Made by a program: the position numbers and the translations under genes | Notes under the pieces: model-generated | What the model saw: the letters and a program-made list of their open reading frames with translations, nothing else | Told to the model about the DNA's origin: nothing | Database searches by the model: none | Sequence record: PQ850619.1 | DNA: 43,265 nt | DNA from: Escherichia phage MarieHeimVoegtlin_Bas70 | Strand: one strand, 5' to 3' | In this document: in pieces, positions 17,463 to 27,484 of the stretch | How the letters are laid out: each line of letters begins with the position of its first letter | Position numbering within the stretch: position 1 is the first letter of the stretch

Positions 17463-18862
17463 TGAGCGACTTATATTTCCCACGTAGCCTTAAGCCGGTG
17501 GTATCGAAAGGCTACTCAATGACCAGACGCAACAACGTCTGGAGTGTAGATTTAGCCGGTGGCGGAGTGCGTCAAGGCCGTGACACGTATTATGATGTGT
17601 TCCCAATAAGCGTAACTCTGATTACATCTGCACTAGGGCGACAGGCGTTCCTGTCGTTCCTTGAGAAAGTGGACGGCGGCGCGTCAAGTTTCTGGATGGC
17701 GCATGACTTCGGCATGGGTATTGAAGATTATCAGGTAACCATCACGTCCACCATCGCGGAGTCCACCGAAGACGGCATTAACTGGACGATTACTTTCACG
17801 GCAACCGCCGAGAAATCCCCGTTCCAGGACCTCGAGAACCAGTGTCTTGTCAATAATCTGCCGGATTTGTATGGTTGCTATGGTGACGGGCTGGGGTGTT
17901 TCCTTAAAGCCTACGGAACCGCGCAATCAACGTTTCCACGAATCTGGAGTAATGAAGGCCCTGCCGGATATCCGCCGATTAACCTTCTGGCGTCGACTCT
18001 TGATAGCCGCATTGTGTATGAAGGGCCGCAGGTTTATTACATCAACCGCAACGGCAATCTTGTGCAGTCCGCCACTAATGAATGGCCTCTTACGTTTATT
18101 GACGGAACTGCAGTTGGGCGTGTGCCGCCGGAAAAGGCTGCTACCAATGTGGTAGAACATTCTAACAACTTACTATCTACATCATTTTCACGTGCCAGAA
18201 CAACAACCACGGCGAGTTCTTTGGCGTTATTCCAAGAAACTTATGCTGCTAAATTAACCGCAACGTCGGTATCAGGTAACCATTATATAAACAAGGCAGA
18301 GGCCCCAGAACAAGAAACAAGATACTCTATTAGTGCTATTATAAAAGCAGATGAGTACCAGTCGGCAGCGGTAGCCATCGGCAACCGAGCCGCTTTAGAT
18401 AATTTCCAGTATGCCTATGTTGACTTAGCCTCCGGCTATTTGATATCAGGCGACACCTCAAGGTCGTTCGTAAGCAATCTTGGTGGTGGGTGGTATCACG
18501 TTTCAATGTCAGCGGACACTAACGACTCCGGCGGATTGATTTATTCGCAGATAAACATGTTGTCTCCGTCTAACTCCCTCACCTTCACAGGGGATGATGT
18601 CAGTGGGTTCATTATAGCCCTAATCCAGATGGAGCCTTCAGAGTTTGCCTCCTCCCCGATAGTGACCGAGGAGTCACCGGTAACTCGTCCAACGGCATCA
18701 GCAAAAGTGGCAATGAACGGCGCGACAAGCATCGACATTACCTATTCCGACGGCTCTGTGGTAAACGTTCTGGCGGCAGATGATTACGCAACCATCCCGC
18801 AGGCTGATTCCGCGTGGGGTAGCAAGTACATCACTCGTATTGATTTTAATGTGGACGGTTAA
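17462..18862 (+). CDS. minor/distal tail protein
   Basis: 466 aa ORF immediately after the tape measure gene (TAATG overlap). Confidence 0.5.
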   Translation: MSDLYFPRSLKPVVSKGYSMTRRNNVWSVDLAGGGVRQGRDTYYDVFPISVTLITSALGRQAFLSFLEKVDGGASSFWMAHDFGMGIEDYQVTITSTIAESTEDGINWTITFTATAEKSPFQDLENQCLVNNLPDLYGCYGDGLGCFLKAYGTAQSTFPRIWSNEGPAGYPPINLLASTLDSRIVYEGPQVYYINRNGNLVQSATNEWPLTFIDGTAVGRVPPEKAATNVVEHSNNLLSTSFSRARTTTTASSLALFQETYAAKLTATSVSGNHYINKAEAPEQETRYSISAIIKADEYQSAAVAIGNRAALDNFQYAYVDLASGYLISGDTSRSFVSNLGGGWYHVSMSADTNDSGGLIYSQINMLSPSNSLTFTGDDVSGFIIALIQMEPSEFASSPIVTEESPVTRPTASAKVAMNGATSIDITYSDGSVVNVLAADDYATIPQADSAWGSKYITRIDFNVDG

Positions 18863-18865
18863 TTT

Positions 18866-19381
18866 ATGAGCCAGGAATCTGTAGAAGCCGCCTATCGCCG
18901 TAAGCTGGCCTCAAATCCCGACGGCGAGATGGACTACATCACGTTGCAAATCAGCCACCCGTTGTTGTCAAAGACGTACTATCTTGTTCGTGGGCTACAG
19001 GAACTCACGGCAACACTGGAGACAGGCGAAATTATCACGTTCGAGCCAACCCCGATGGAGGCGTCGGGGGCGGCTAACAACAGTGATATGGACCAGACGA
19101 CTACGTTTACTTTACCGGATATTCTCAATCAACTTGACGATGAGATGGATAAAATCCCTATGAGTAACACCGAGTTGCCGAAGTTCGTCTTCCGTCGTTA
19201 CGTCAGCACAGACCTGTCTTATCCGGCTGACGGTCCTGTCATGTATGAGTTGCAGGCCATCAACCAGGAGAAGGGCGAGTTCTCCGCGGATGTTGGTACA
19301 CCTATGCTGAACCAGCGAAGCACTGGTATACTGATGACACCTAAAGAGATACCGTTATTACGCGGCCTGTTGACCACATGA
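18866..19381 (+). CDS. minor tail protein (lambda L-like position)
   Basis: 171 aa ORF between the distal tail gene and the K-like gene. Assigned by order. Confidence 0.4.
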   Translation: MSQESVEAAYRRKLASNPDGEMDYITLQISHPLLSKTYYLVRGLQELTATLETGEIITFEPTPMEASGAANNSDMDQTTTFTLPDILNQLDDEMDKIPMSNTELPKFVFRRYVSTDLSYPADGPVMYELQAINQEKGEFSADVGTPMLNQRSTGILMTPKEIPLLRGLLTT

Positions 19382-19743
19382 ATATTAACGACTACACGGG
19401 CATACCTTACGACTTTCGCAAGCGCAATTGCTGGCATCACGTTCGCATTGTACGGGCCGATGCCGGGTTAGAAACCCCGGCGTTCGACGTTACAAGCCCA
19501 ACGGCGATTAACGAAGCGTTCGACGAAGGCCATCGTGACACGAAGGGGCTTACAAAAATTGATAAGCCTGAAAACTTCTGTGCGGTTCTTATGGGGTATC
19601 GCCGTGGCGGTCGTATCGTGTGGCACGCGGGAGTTTACTTCGACGGGATGGTGAGTCATTGCGAGCTTGCGTCCCGTCAGGTACGGCTTGACAGGCTGGC
19701 GGATCTCAGAGACACGTACACGGAGATTGAATTTTGGCGATAA
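19378..19743 (+). CDS. tail assembly protein with NlpC/P60-like domain (lambda K-like)
   Basis: 121 aa. Candidate Cys-His catalytic residues in NCWHHVR and WHAGVY. Overlaps both neighbours. Confidence 0.5.
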   Translation: MNINDYTGIPYDFRKRNCWHHVRIVRADAGLETPAFDVTSPTAINEAFDEGHRDTKGLTKIDKPENFCAVLMGYRRGGRIVWHAGVYFDGMVSHCELASRQVRLDRLADLRDTYTEIEFWR

Positions 19744-22301
19744 TCCTGCACTACACGCGAAACGCTGATGGCGCTTTCAACCGTACAAAACACGTCGGGA
19801 TGCCGATGGAGTTTGTCGTTAACCGTATCCCGGACGGCGTTCCGGTACGCGTCTATCTTGGCGAGATTGGTGATGATACTGATGTTACAGACGACTTCGA
19901 CGCGCTCAAAGACGAGGACGCCGTGTACCACATTATTGAGGGCGCTGGCGGCGGCATTGGCGACGCCATCGGGAGTGTATTCAGTTTCATCCTTAAGCCA
20001 ATCGCCAAATTGTTCGGGCTAAACACAGCGGCTAACGCTAATTATTCCGCTACCAACAATCAGGCTACGTCGCCTAACAACAGTCTCACCGACCGCTCAA
20101 ACAAGCCACGACCTTATGAGCGTTCCTATGATATCTGCGGGACAGTGCAGACCATCCCCAATGACCTGATGCAGACATATAAGGTGTTTAATGCCGCGGG
20201 TGCGCTTATTGAATATGCGTACTATGACGCCGGTCGAGGGTATCTGCATATTGAGGAAGACGGTGTAACTGAGGCAGATACCCGAATCAGCGAGATAACT
20301 GGCTCGTCGGTGACGGTGTATTCTCCTTACACTTCGCCGAATAACACCAGCACACCACAATTGCATATCGGCGACCCTATAGACCAGAAATTGTACGTTA
20401 CATTTAAAAACGCCGATGTCGATGGCGCTGTTCTTCCCGCCCCTAATGATATCGCTATAGACGTGCAGGACTACACTGTCCAGCGGCAGGGAACAACCGG
20501 CGTTGTAGTAGGCGATGACGCTGGTTTCGATGAGTTTTTGGCGGTCGGGGACCTGGCATACTTCGATAAAGTATATGCAGATACAACCCCAGGGTCTTTG
20601 GGTAATGAGGTTAACCTGGACGGGAGGTACACGGTTCTTTCGGTTAGTGAAACCACCCTTATTGTGGACGTCAGTACAAATCAATCAGTATGGAACCGGC
20701 TAGGGGCGTCTGTGTGGTTTATAGGTGAAGAGGGTAACCATCTTATAGGCCCGGCGGACACTTACGCGGCTTCCCTCTCTGAATGGGCGTACATCACCCG
20801 CGGAACCGTCGACCGTGTTGTAGCCAATGTGGCTGCCAGCAACGGCATGTACAAATACAACGGCGACTATAACCGCGCTTCAGTGACAGTCGAACTGCAA
20901 TACCAGATGGTAGATGAATTGAAACAGCCTGTAGGTGACATATTTACCGTACGAGGAACCGTAACAGGCCGGAACACGGATTACACAGGGATTACTCTTT
21001 ACGGAAGTTTACCAACTGCTTCCAGATTCCGCGCCCGTATGCGTCGTGTTTCTGACACCGATAAAGATTTTGAGGGTACTGTTAGCGACGAGGTTACTTT
21101 CACTAACCTGTACGGACAGTCTCTGGACACAACACCGCACTACGGCAACCGCACTACGGTGCACTGTACCCGTAAACAAACCCCACGTGCAGCCGAGGTG
21201 TCAGAACCGGAACTGCGCATGATTGCTACCGAGATGTGCTACAAATACTTAGGTAACGGCGTATTCGATACGGTAATGACACCGAACACTCAGGCCGTGC
21301 AGTCGCTAATCAGGCTGGCGCGTGACCCTGTGGTGGGTAATCTGGAACTGACAACGGCAAATATGGACAAGTTACTTGCCGTGCAGGAAGAAATTGAGTC
21401 GTATTTTGACAGTGAATTAGCCGGGCAGTTCTGCTACACATTCGACGACTACGACACAACCATGCAAGACATCGTTCAGACCATCGCGGAAGCCGTGTTT
21501 TGTACGGCATACCGTAAAGGTGCTGATATTATGCTGCGATTCGACCGTCCTGTTGCGGGGCCTGAGATGGTTTTCACCCACCGCAGCAAAACGACCGGTA
21601 CGGAGAAATGGACGCGCACGTTCAACGATTCGACAACCTACGATAGCCTGTCGTTCTCGTACATTGACCCGGATACAAACGTACAGGAGACGATTTATAT
21701 CCCGGAAGAACTCGGCGCGAACACCGAGAAGTACGAATCGAAGGGTGTACGTAACTATCAGCAAGCGTACTGGCTGGCGTGGCGTCGCTACCAGCGCAAT
21801 GCGTTAAGTAAAGTTGTCGTAGAGTTCGAAGCTACCGAAGAAGGCGCTCTAGCTACTCCCGGCGGCGTAATCAGCGTGGTTAAAGGCTCCCGCATCGCGC
21901 CGCAGGATGGTTATGTTGTCGCCGTTAATGGGCTTACGCTTACGCTGTCGCAGCCGGTTACGTTTACTCCCGGTGATGACCATTCCATCATTCTTAAGAA
22001 GCGCGACGGCTCTGTGCAGAGTATTTCTGTTATCAAAGGAAGCCACGACCGCGAAGTGATTATGCTCTCCGCGCCGGAGGAGGCAATCTACACGGGGAAT
22101 AGTGCGCTAAAAACTGAGTTTTCATTCGGCAACGAAGCAAGGCATAATGCTCAGAAGATAGTTGTTTCTTCAATCGACCCCGGCGACGACCGCACGGTCA
22201 AGATTACGGGCTACAACTATGATGACGGATTCTATAAATACGACGGCGTCGCGCCATACGGCAGCGGTTTCTCCGACGGATTCAGCAATGGTTTTAATTA
22301 A
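19734..22301 (+). CDS. tail tip / host specificity protein (lambda I-J-like)
   Basis: 855 aa, the largest tail-tip ORF, after the K-like gene. The N-terminal roughly 100 aa may correspond to an I-like domain. Confidence 0.55.
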   Translation: MAIILHYTRNADGAFNRTKHVGMPMEFVVNRIPDGVPVRVYLGEIGDDTDVTDDFDALKDEDAVYHIIEGAGGGIGDAIGSVFSFILKPIAKLFGLNTAANANYSATNNQATSPNNSLTDRSNKPRPYERSYDICGTVQTIPNDLMQTYKVFNAAGALIEYAYYDAGRGYLHIEEDGVTEADTRISEITGSSVTVYSPYTSPNNTSTPQLHIGDPIDQKLYVTFKNADVDGAVLPAPNDIAIDVQDYTVQRQGTTGVVVGDDAGFDEFLAVGDLAYFDKVYADTTPGSLGNEVNLDGRYTVLSVSETTLIVDVSTNQSVWNRLGASVWFIGEEGNHLIGPADTYAASLSEWAYITRGTVDRVVANVAASNGMYKYNGDYNRASVTVELQYQMVDELKQPVGDIFTVRGTVTGRNTDYTGITLYGSLPTASRFRARMRRVSDTDKDFEGTVSDEVTFTNLYGQSLDTTPHYGNRTTVHCTRKQTPRAAEVSEPELRMIATEMCYKYLGNGVFDTVMTPNTQAVQSLIRLARDPVVGNLELTTANMDKLLAVQEEIESYFDSELAGQFCYTFDDYDTTMQDIVQTIAEAVFCTAYRKGADIMLRFDRPVAGPEMVFTHRSKTTGTEKWTRTFNDSTTYDSLSFSYIDPDTNVQETIYIPEELGANTEKYESKGVRNYQQAYWLAWRRYQRNALSKVVVEFEATEEGALATPGGVISVVKGSRIAPQDGYVVAVNGLTLTLSQPVTFTPGDDHSIILKKRDGSVQSISVIKGSHDREVIMLSAPEEAIYTGNSALKTEFSFGNEARHNAQKIVVSSIDPGDDRTVKITGYNYDDGFYKYDGVAPYGSGFSDGFSNGFN

Positions 22302-22313
22302 AGAGGACTCTAT

Positions 22314-24245
22314 ATGTCAAGCGGATGCGGTGACGTTTTAAGCCTGGCGGATTTACAAACCGCCAAGAAACACCAAATTTTTGAAGCCGAGGTTATCACC
22401 GGTAAAGCTGGCGGTGTAGCTACGGGTGCTGATATCGATTACGCGACAAATCAGGTTACAGGGCAGACTCAGAAGACGCTCCCGGCCGTGTTGCGTGACG
22501 CCGGGTTCAGACCTGCGCCATTCACATTCGAAACAGGTGGGACTTTGGGCGTTAACGACGCTGACCTGGCGGTGTTGTGGCCAGGGCCATCAGGCGACGG
22601 CAACTATTATGCATGGAAAGGTGCCCTGCCAAAAACCATCCCGGCATCTTCAACCCCGGCGTCTACGGGCGGAGTAGGCCAGACCGCATGGGTTGCCGTT
22701 AGTGAAGCTGCATTGCGCCGTGATTTGGCCCTAAGCACTGGCGCAGGGCTAGTCGGTACGTCTTCGGGTCGCACAGTGCAAGGCGAGGTTGACCATTTCA
22801 AAATAGGGTATATGACACCCGATGATTTCGGCGCGGTGGGTGATGGTGTTACCGACGACACCGCGCCTTTGCAACAGGCTATTGACTATTGCTCAAGCAA
22901 CGGTATCGCGTTAAGAATCCCCGCAAAATCTTATGTTTGGAATGGCGGTATTATAACTTCACCCGTAACAATAATCGGTGACAGACGTCCTGATTACAAT
23001 CTTAGCTCCAATTCTATGTCTAACGGGTCTGTTATAATTGGCAATTTAAGATTTTCCGCAAGCCAGGTGATTATTAAGTCACTTGGTGTGCGTAGGCCTA
23101 CAGGCTCCCCCGGAGATTGTCTGGTGTTATCGACCGATAACTATGCTGGTGGGTCTTGTATTGTTCAAGATGTAGTTGCCGCGGGCCTTTCCGGTTCGGA
23201 CACGTACCACAGCGTTCTTGTTGAAGGCTACGATTCCGCGCATGTATCTCAAATAACTGGCGGTTATAATCTTTTTGGCCTCGCGATTAAGTCAAGAAAC
23301 GTTGTTGCCAGAGGCGTAATAACCGTAAGCTGTGATACTGGCGTTATCATTAAATCTGATAGTGAGTTCAGCACGGCAAAAAATGTGGTGCTGGACGGGC
23401 ACATTAATGTCGGTAATGGTGTTTCTAGTCAAGGTGTTTGGATTTACAGCACAACCGCACAACTTGAGCGTATTACCTGCGCAAACTTACAAAGCATCGA
23501 TTCCGCTATACATATGCGGATTAAGTCCGAAAACGTAGCTAATGACGTGCAAATTGTTGGGGCAAATTATTCAGGATCTACTTATGCGGATGTGCTCGTC
23601 GAAGGCACTTCGGCTGGCACGTTGTACAATGTTAGTTTAGATAGTATAACCGCAGTAAATAGCCAGAAATTTATGGCTGCAGGTTTCTGTGAACAACTGA
23701 TGGTAACAGGATTCTATGGGTCCCTGAAACCTGGCGCTCCCGCCGATACTGCGTTTGAGGTTAGCGCCGCCGTAGGGCTTTTTAGCGGGTCAAATATCCA
23801 ACTAGTCCGTCAATACCGCCGTGACCTAATGACAATGAATCTCGGTAACAGTTATCTTAATAATAGATTATCATCTGTTAAGGCGAAAGTAATAGGAAAC
23901 GGCAAACCTAGGCCGGGGTATAAAGAACAGAATCTTAGCGGCGCTGCGGCTACAATGATTGTTGGCGACAGTTTGGGGCCCTCTGGGGTTGTGTCTGTCA
24001 CCGCGTTATCCACCGGCAGTTCATTCAGCAGTATTGCTATTAATGACGACTATGGTCAGCCGGTTAAGCCAGGTTTTCTTCTAATAATCCGAAACGCATC
24101 CACTATCCCGTTCGTTATGAACCATAATCCAGGGTCTGGTGGAATCGCAAATAACGGGGCGGTGGGTAAGACCATTATGGGCGGAGACACTATAATGTAC
24201 GTTTTTGACGGGGCGAATTGGCGTCAAACTCCATCTATAGCTTAA
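22314..24245 (+). CDS. tailspike / tail fiber with pectate-lyase-like beta-helix domain
   Basis: 643 aa. Motif GYMTPDDFGAVGDGVTDDTAPLQQAIDYC is typical of pectate-lyase-fold right-handed beta-helix enzymes. Last structural gene before a bidirectional terminator. Confidence 0.6.
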   Translation: MSSGCGDVLSLADLQTAKKHQIFEAEVITGKAGGVATGADIDYATNQVTGQTQKTLPAVLRDAGFRPAPFTFETGGTLGVNDADLAVLWPGPSGDGNYYAWKGALPKTIPASSTPASTGGVGQTAWVAVSEAALRRDLALSTGAGLVGTSSGRTVQGEVDHFKIGYMTPDDFGAVGDGVTDDTAPLQQAIDYCSSNGIALRIPAKSYVWNGGIITSPVTIIGDRRPDYNLSSNSMSNGSVIIGNLRFSASQVIIKSLGVRRPTGSPGDCLVLSTDNYAGGSCIVQDVVAAGLSGSDTYHSVLVEGYDSAHVSQITGGYNLFGLAIKSRNVVARGVITVSCDTGVIIKSDSEFSTAKNVVLDGHINVGNGVSSQGVWIYSTTAQLERITCANLQSIDSAIHMRIKSENVANDVQIVGANYSGSTYADVLVEGTSAGTLYNVSLDSITAVNSQKFMAAGFCEQLMVTGFYGSLKPGAPADTAFEVSAAVGLFSGSNIQLVRQYRRDLMTMNLGNSYLNNRLSSVKAKVIGNGKPRPGYKEQNLSGAAATMIVGDSLGPSGVVSVTALSTGSSFSSIAINDDYGQPVKPGFLLIIRNASTIPFVMNHNPGSGGIANNGAVGKTIMGGDTIMYVFDGANWRQTPSIA

Positions 24246-24249
24246 AACT

Positions 24250-24275
24250 AAGGCCCCGTTTGGGGCCTTTTCTCT
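24250..24275. terminator. bidirectional intrinsic terminator
   Basis: aggcccc-gttt-ggggcct hairpin with AAAACTA on the 5' side and TTTTCTCT on the 3' side. Sits at the boundary between + structural and - replication genes. Confidence 0.7.
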
Positions 24276-24276
24276 A

Positions 24277-24411
24277 CTCTTCTGATAACTTCTCCAGCAC
24301 AAACGCCAGTTGCGCATTAGCGGCGTCTCTTTGCTGCCGTAGTCGTAGAACCTCTTCTTCCAGTTCCTTGATACGTTTTTGCAATGCTGGAATAGGAGCT
24401 ATGATGTTCAT
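24277..24411 (-). CDS. hypothetical small coiled-coil protein (44 aa)
   Basis: ATGA overlap with the helicase stop. Heptad-like MNIIAPIPALQKRIKELEEEVLRLRQQRDAANAQLAFVLEKLSEE. Below the ORF-track cutoff, hand-translated. Confidence 0.3.
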
Positions 24412-25832
24412 TTCTTACCTCGTCTCTTCATGTAATTAAGCAACTCTTCCTGGACCGATTTCTTCTCGTCCGTACGCGCCGCAACAACCTCATCCAGCGT
24501 GTCTTTAGCAACGATGTGATAGAGGAACACCGGGCGCTCGTGGCCCGCCTGTTTCTGACGGACCGGGCCTATACGCTCGACAACCTGCAAATAGTGCTCA
24601 AGGTTCCAGCCTTGTGAGATGAATGCCAGATGATGTCCGCCGTCTTGTAAATTCAAACCATGGCCCGCTGACGCAGGATGTACGCATAAGATTTCTACTT
24701 CACCGCGGTTCCACGCTTCCATCTGCTTATTACCCCTGGCACCTTTGGCAAAGGCCTGTGCTTGTGGGAATCGCTTAAGGATGCGCTCCAGTTCGTGCTT
24801 GAACTGATAGGCCACCAGTAACGGTGCCCCCTGTAACTCCTCAACAATGGACTCGAGCGCATCAAGTTTCGTGTCGTGCACTTTCTCCCATTCTTTGGTT
24901 GATTCGCCATCTGGCCCCGATACATACACGGCACCGGAGGCAATCTGTAGGCACTTCGACGTCTTCGCCGCAGCGTTAGCCGCTTCAACTTCTCCGCTTT
25001 CCAGTTCCGCGAATAACTTCTCCTCCATATCGATGTACGCCTGACGTGCTTTCTTCGGCAGGTCGATTTCAACCGGCACAATAATCGGCGCTTCACACCC
25101 GAACCACTCGGCGGCGTCAATCGTGAGACTAATGTCCTTCATCTTCTGGTGAATTTCATTATCCGCACCCGGGCGTGCGTGGTATTCACGGGCCATCGCA
25201 GATTTCCCTTTCTGTACCGAGTTAAACCAGCGGTCGGTGAATGCTGTGTACGATGACCCCAGGCGCTCGCCTGCGTCGATAAACCAGTTCTGCCCCCACA
25301 AGTCCTTGAGGCCGTTTGGTGACGGCGTGCCAGTCAGGTTAATGAAACGCTTAACTTTGCCAAATGCCACTTTACTAAGCGCCTTTGCCCTCTTGCTGCC
25401 TCCAGAACGGCTACGGAATGACTTGAGCTTCGTGCTTTCATCGGCGACGATAACCGTAAAAGGCCAGTCGTCTTTGCCGTAGTAGTCAATAAGCCACTCG
25501 ATAACTTCGTAGTTCGTGCACACCACGTTAGCATCTGACTCCAGCGCCGCGATGCGGCGCTTCTCTGAACCGGTCGCGTCTACGACACGCAGACATGGGA
25601 AATTCCACTTAGTTTGTTCCGCCGGCCATGTACCTGATGCAACGCGCAACGGGGCGAGGATTAACACGCGGTCCTCTTCTGTAAGCTGCCCGTTGCGGAA
25701 CAGTCGGTTTAATGTCCACAGTACGCTGCCAGTCTTCCCGGCGCCCATGCTCGCCCAAATATTACAGCGATGGTGCCGCAACATGAACGAAGTCATTAGC
25801 TTCTGGTATTCGCGCCTTTGAAACTTACTCAT
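24408..25832 (-). CDS. SNF2/DEAD-like superfamily 2 helicase
   Basis: 474 aa. Walker A GAGKTG, DExx box VADESTK, C-terminal helicase motifs. Confidence 0.75.
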   Translation of the reverse strand: MSKFQRREYQKLMTSFMLRHHRCNIWASMGAGKTGSVLWTLNRLFRNGQLTEEDRVLILAPLRVASGTWPAEQTKWNFPCLRVVDATGSEKRRIAALESDANVVCTNYEVIEWLIDYYGKDDWPFTVIVADESTKLKSFRSRSGGSKRAKALSKVAFGKVKRFINLTGTPSPNGLKDLWGQNWFIDAGERLGSSYTAFTDRWFNSVQKGKSAMAREYHARPGADNEIHQKMKDISLTIDAAEWFGCEAPIIVPVEIDLPKKARQAYIDMEEKLFAELESGEVEAANAAAKTSKCLQIASGAVYVSGPDGESTKEWEKVHDTKLDALESIVEELQGAPLLVAYQFKHELERILKRFPQAQAFAKGARGNKQMEAWNRGEVEILCVHPASAGHGLNLQDGGHHLAFISQGWNLEHYLQVVERIGPVRQKQAGHERPVFLYHIVAKDTLDEVVAARTDEKKSVQEELLNYMKRRGKK

Positions 25833-26618
25833 TTACGGCCCCATGAACGCCTTTATAAATTCAGCGGCTACTTGCGGGACGATAGCATTGCCGTAACCGC
25901 GCAATCGTCCCACTCTGGCGGGTACCCCATTAGCCAGCGGGAATGTGCTGGGTTCAACTGGCCTGAATTTTCCATCCCGGCATCCGAGCCAGTCAGCATC
26001 TGACCAGAACCCGTTAGGCGGATTGGCTGTGTCAGAGATGCCTCTGTTTGCAGATTGTGGCCCCCGTTCCTGCCCTGATGGCCTGCTCCCGCCGAGTTGT
26101 TCGCACACGGTGTTGGCCAGTTGCTGCGCTCCGAAGAACAATCGATTCCTTTTGTGCGGTGCGCCGACGCTACAAGCTGGGAGTACGGCAAACCCGACGG
26201 CGTAGTCTTCTCTTTCCAGGTGAGTTTGTAAATCGCACATCCACGATTTTGCAATTGCTGCCGCAACCTGCTCCCCAAAGATGACTGGAGGGTGGCACTC
26301 GCTGATGAGGTCGAGGAGCACAGGTGCGAGGTGTCTCTGGTCGAACTGTCCGAGTTGCTTTCCTGCCGTGCTAAACGGTTGGCAAGGCGGACTTCCCGTC
26401 CATATAGGCGTATCTTCAGAAACTCCCGCAAGTCTGAGCGCGAGAGGCCAGCCGCCGATACCCGCGAAAAAATGACACTGGGTGAACCCGTCAAGGTCTT
26501 CTGGCTTAACTTCGGTAATGCTTCTTTCATCTACAACTCCAAAAGGTATGTGACCCTGTTTTATCAACTCACGCAGCCACGCGGCTGCGCCTTTATCCCA
26601 TTCATTGTAATAGTTCAT
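25833..26618 (-). CDS. DNA (cytosine-5)-methyltransferase
   Basis: 261 aa. Motif I FAGIGG, motif IV PPCQPFS (catalytic PC), motif VIII-like HKRNRLF, C-terminal GNAIVPQVA. Confidence 0.8.
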   Translation of the reverse strand: MNYYNEWDKGAAAWLRELIKQGHIPFGVVDERSITEVKPEDLDGFTQCHFFAGIGGWPLALRLAGVSEDTPIWTGSPPCQPFSTAGKQLGQFDQRHLAPVLLDLISECHPPVIFGEQVAAAIAKSWMCDLQTHLEREDYAVGFAVLPACSVGAPHKRNRLFFGAQQLANTVCEQLGGSRPSGQERGPQSANRGISDTANPPNGFWSDADWLGCRDGKFRPVEPSTFPLANGVPARVGRLRGYGNAIVPQVAAEFIKAFMGP

Positions 26619-26806
26619 TTCGCCACCAGAACTAACTCTTTACGCCCGAACGCCGTAATATTGCCGGTTACATCTTCGATAACCAGTTTACCGTTCGACT
26701 CGACGAACACTGTATCAACGGCAACAGGACGACGGGTCTTAACGTTGAAAATCATGTCGCCTGGTACGATGTCACGTGCAGGTTTGCGGTCATATTCGTG
26801 TTTCAT
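26615..26806 (-). CDS. hypothetical protein (63 aa)
   Basis: ATG with AAGGAA Shine-Dalgarno. ATGA overlap with the methyltransferase gene. First gene downstream of the leftward promoter at 26840-26868. Confidence 0.5.
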   Translation of the reverse strand: MKHEYDRKPARDIVPGDMIFNVKTRRPVAVDTVFVESNGKLVIEDVTGNITAFGRKELVLVAK

Positions 26807-26836
26807 TTCTCAATTCCTTATATTGTTGGTGTAGGA

Positions 26837-27121
26837 CTAACTATAATAGTTCGCTATTAGGTCGTCAACCTGTTTGAACGAACCAACGACAAAAACATTT
26901 GCACCACGTTTACGCATCCGCTCGTGCTCTCGTATCTGGTGCGGGTCTGGCTTCGTGTTTTCGTCTTTCTTAACCTCGACGAACCAGACGATGCCGCCAG
27001 GGAGAATTACCAGCAGGTCGGGAGCGCCGGAACGCCCCTCGTAGGAAAGTTTACGAACGAGGCCCCCAAGGGCCTCAAATCGCTCTTTTGCGTATTTCTG
27101 GATGCGGCCCTCTTTAGTCAT
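26837..27121 (-). CDS. VRR-NUC domain nuclease (PD-(D/E)xK)
   Basis: Start taken at internal ATG 27121 (track ORF extends to 27301 from a TTG). Motifs GAPDLLV and VWFVEVKK fit the VRR-NUC D...E.K core. Confidence 0.55.
   Translation of the reverse strand: MTKEGRIQKYAKERFEALGGLVRKLSYEGRSGAPDLLVILPGGIVWFVEVKKDENTKPDPHQIREHERMRKRGANVFVVGSFKQVDDLIANYYS
26840..26868 (-). promoter_or_regulatory. sigma70-like promoter (TTGACG-N17-TATAGT) with AATAGTTCGCTATT palindrome in spacer
   Basis: Minus-strand reading gives TTGACG, 17-nt spacer, TATAGT. Same architecture as the promoters at 30401-30429 and 32950-32978. Confidence 0.55.
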
Positions 27122-27270
27122 GACCGCAGCATCCAGGTAAGGAAAGCCCCGCCTAGAAGGGCAACACCGGCAAACTGAAAGAACAGGCCGTAACAGAACA
27201 TAGCAGCTATTCCCGCACCGAGTAACAGTGCGAGCATGGTTACTATCGACCCGAATACAAACATTCTCAT
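27118..27270 (-). CDS. hypothetical small membrane protein (50 aa)
   Basis: ATG with GAGGGG Shine-Dalgarno. Two hydrophobic segments. ATGA overlap with the VRR-NUC start. Hand-translated. Confidence 0.3.
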   Translation of the reverse strand: MRMFVFGSIVTMLALLLGAGIAAMFCYGLFFQFAGVALLGGAFLTWMLRS

Positions 27271-27352
27271 AACACGCACCCCTCACGTTTGGTATGCTCA
27301 ATACCGCAGCGCGGGCAGATTCGACAGTCTTCTTCGTAGAACCGGTAAATTT

Positions 27353-27484
27353 TCATTCCAGCACCCACAGATAAATTGCGATGAACATGCCCAATATGGC
27401 AACCATCATGCCGTATTGACCCTCGTGACAGTAGACACCTGCGGCAAATCCCGCCAGTACCGCGATAATCAGTTTACTTAGCAT
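27353..27484 (-). CDS. hypothetical small membrane protein (43 aa)
   Basis: ATG overlapping the last codons of the polymerase gene. Almost entirely hydrophobic (MLSKLIIAVLAGFAAGVYCHEG...). Hand-translated. Confidence 0.3.
   Translation of the reverse strand: MLSKLIIAVLAGFAAGVYCHEGQYGMMVAILGMFIAIYLWVLE

Noticed and set aside
20097-20684. 195-aa minus-strand ORF
   Set aside because: Antisense to the tail tip gene, with no start context and no coding-like composition.
25868-26530. 220-aa minus-strand ORF in an alternate frame of the methyltransferase gene
   Set aside because: The overlapping frame (25833-26618) carries the full C5-methyltransferase motif set. This alternate frame is low complexity.
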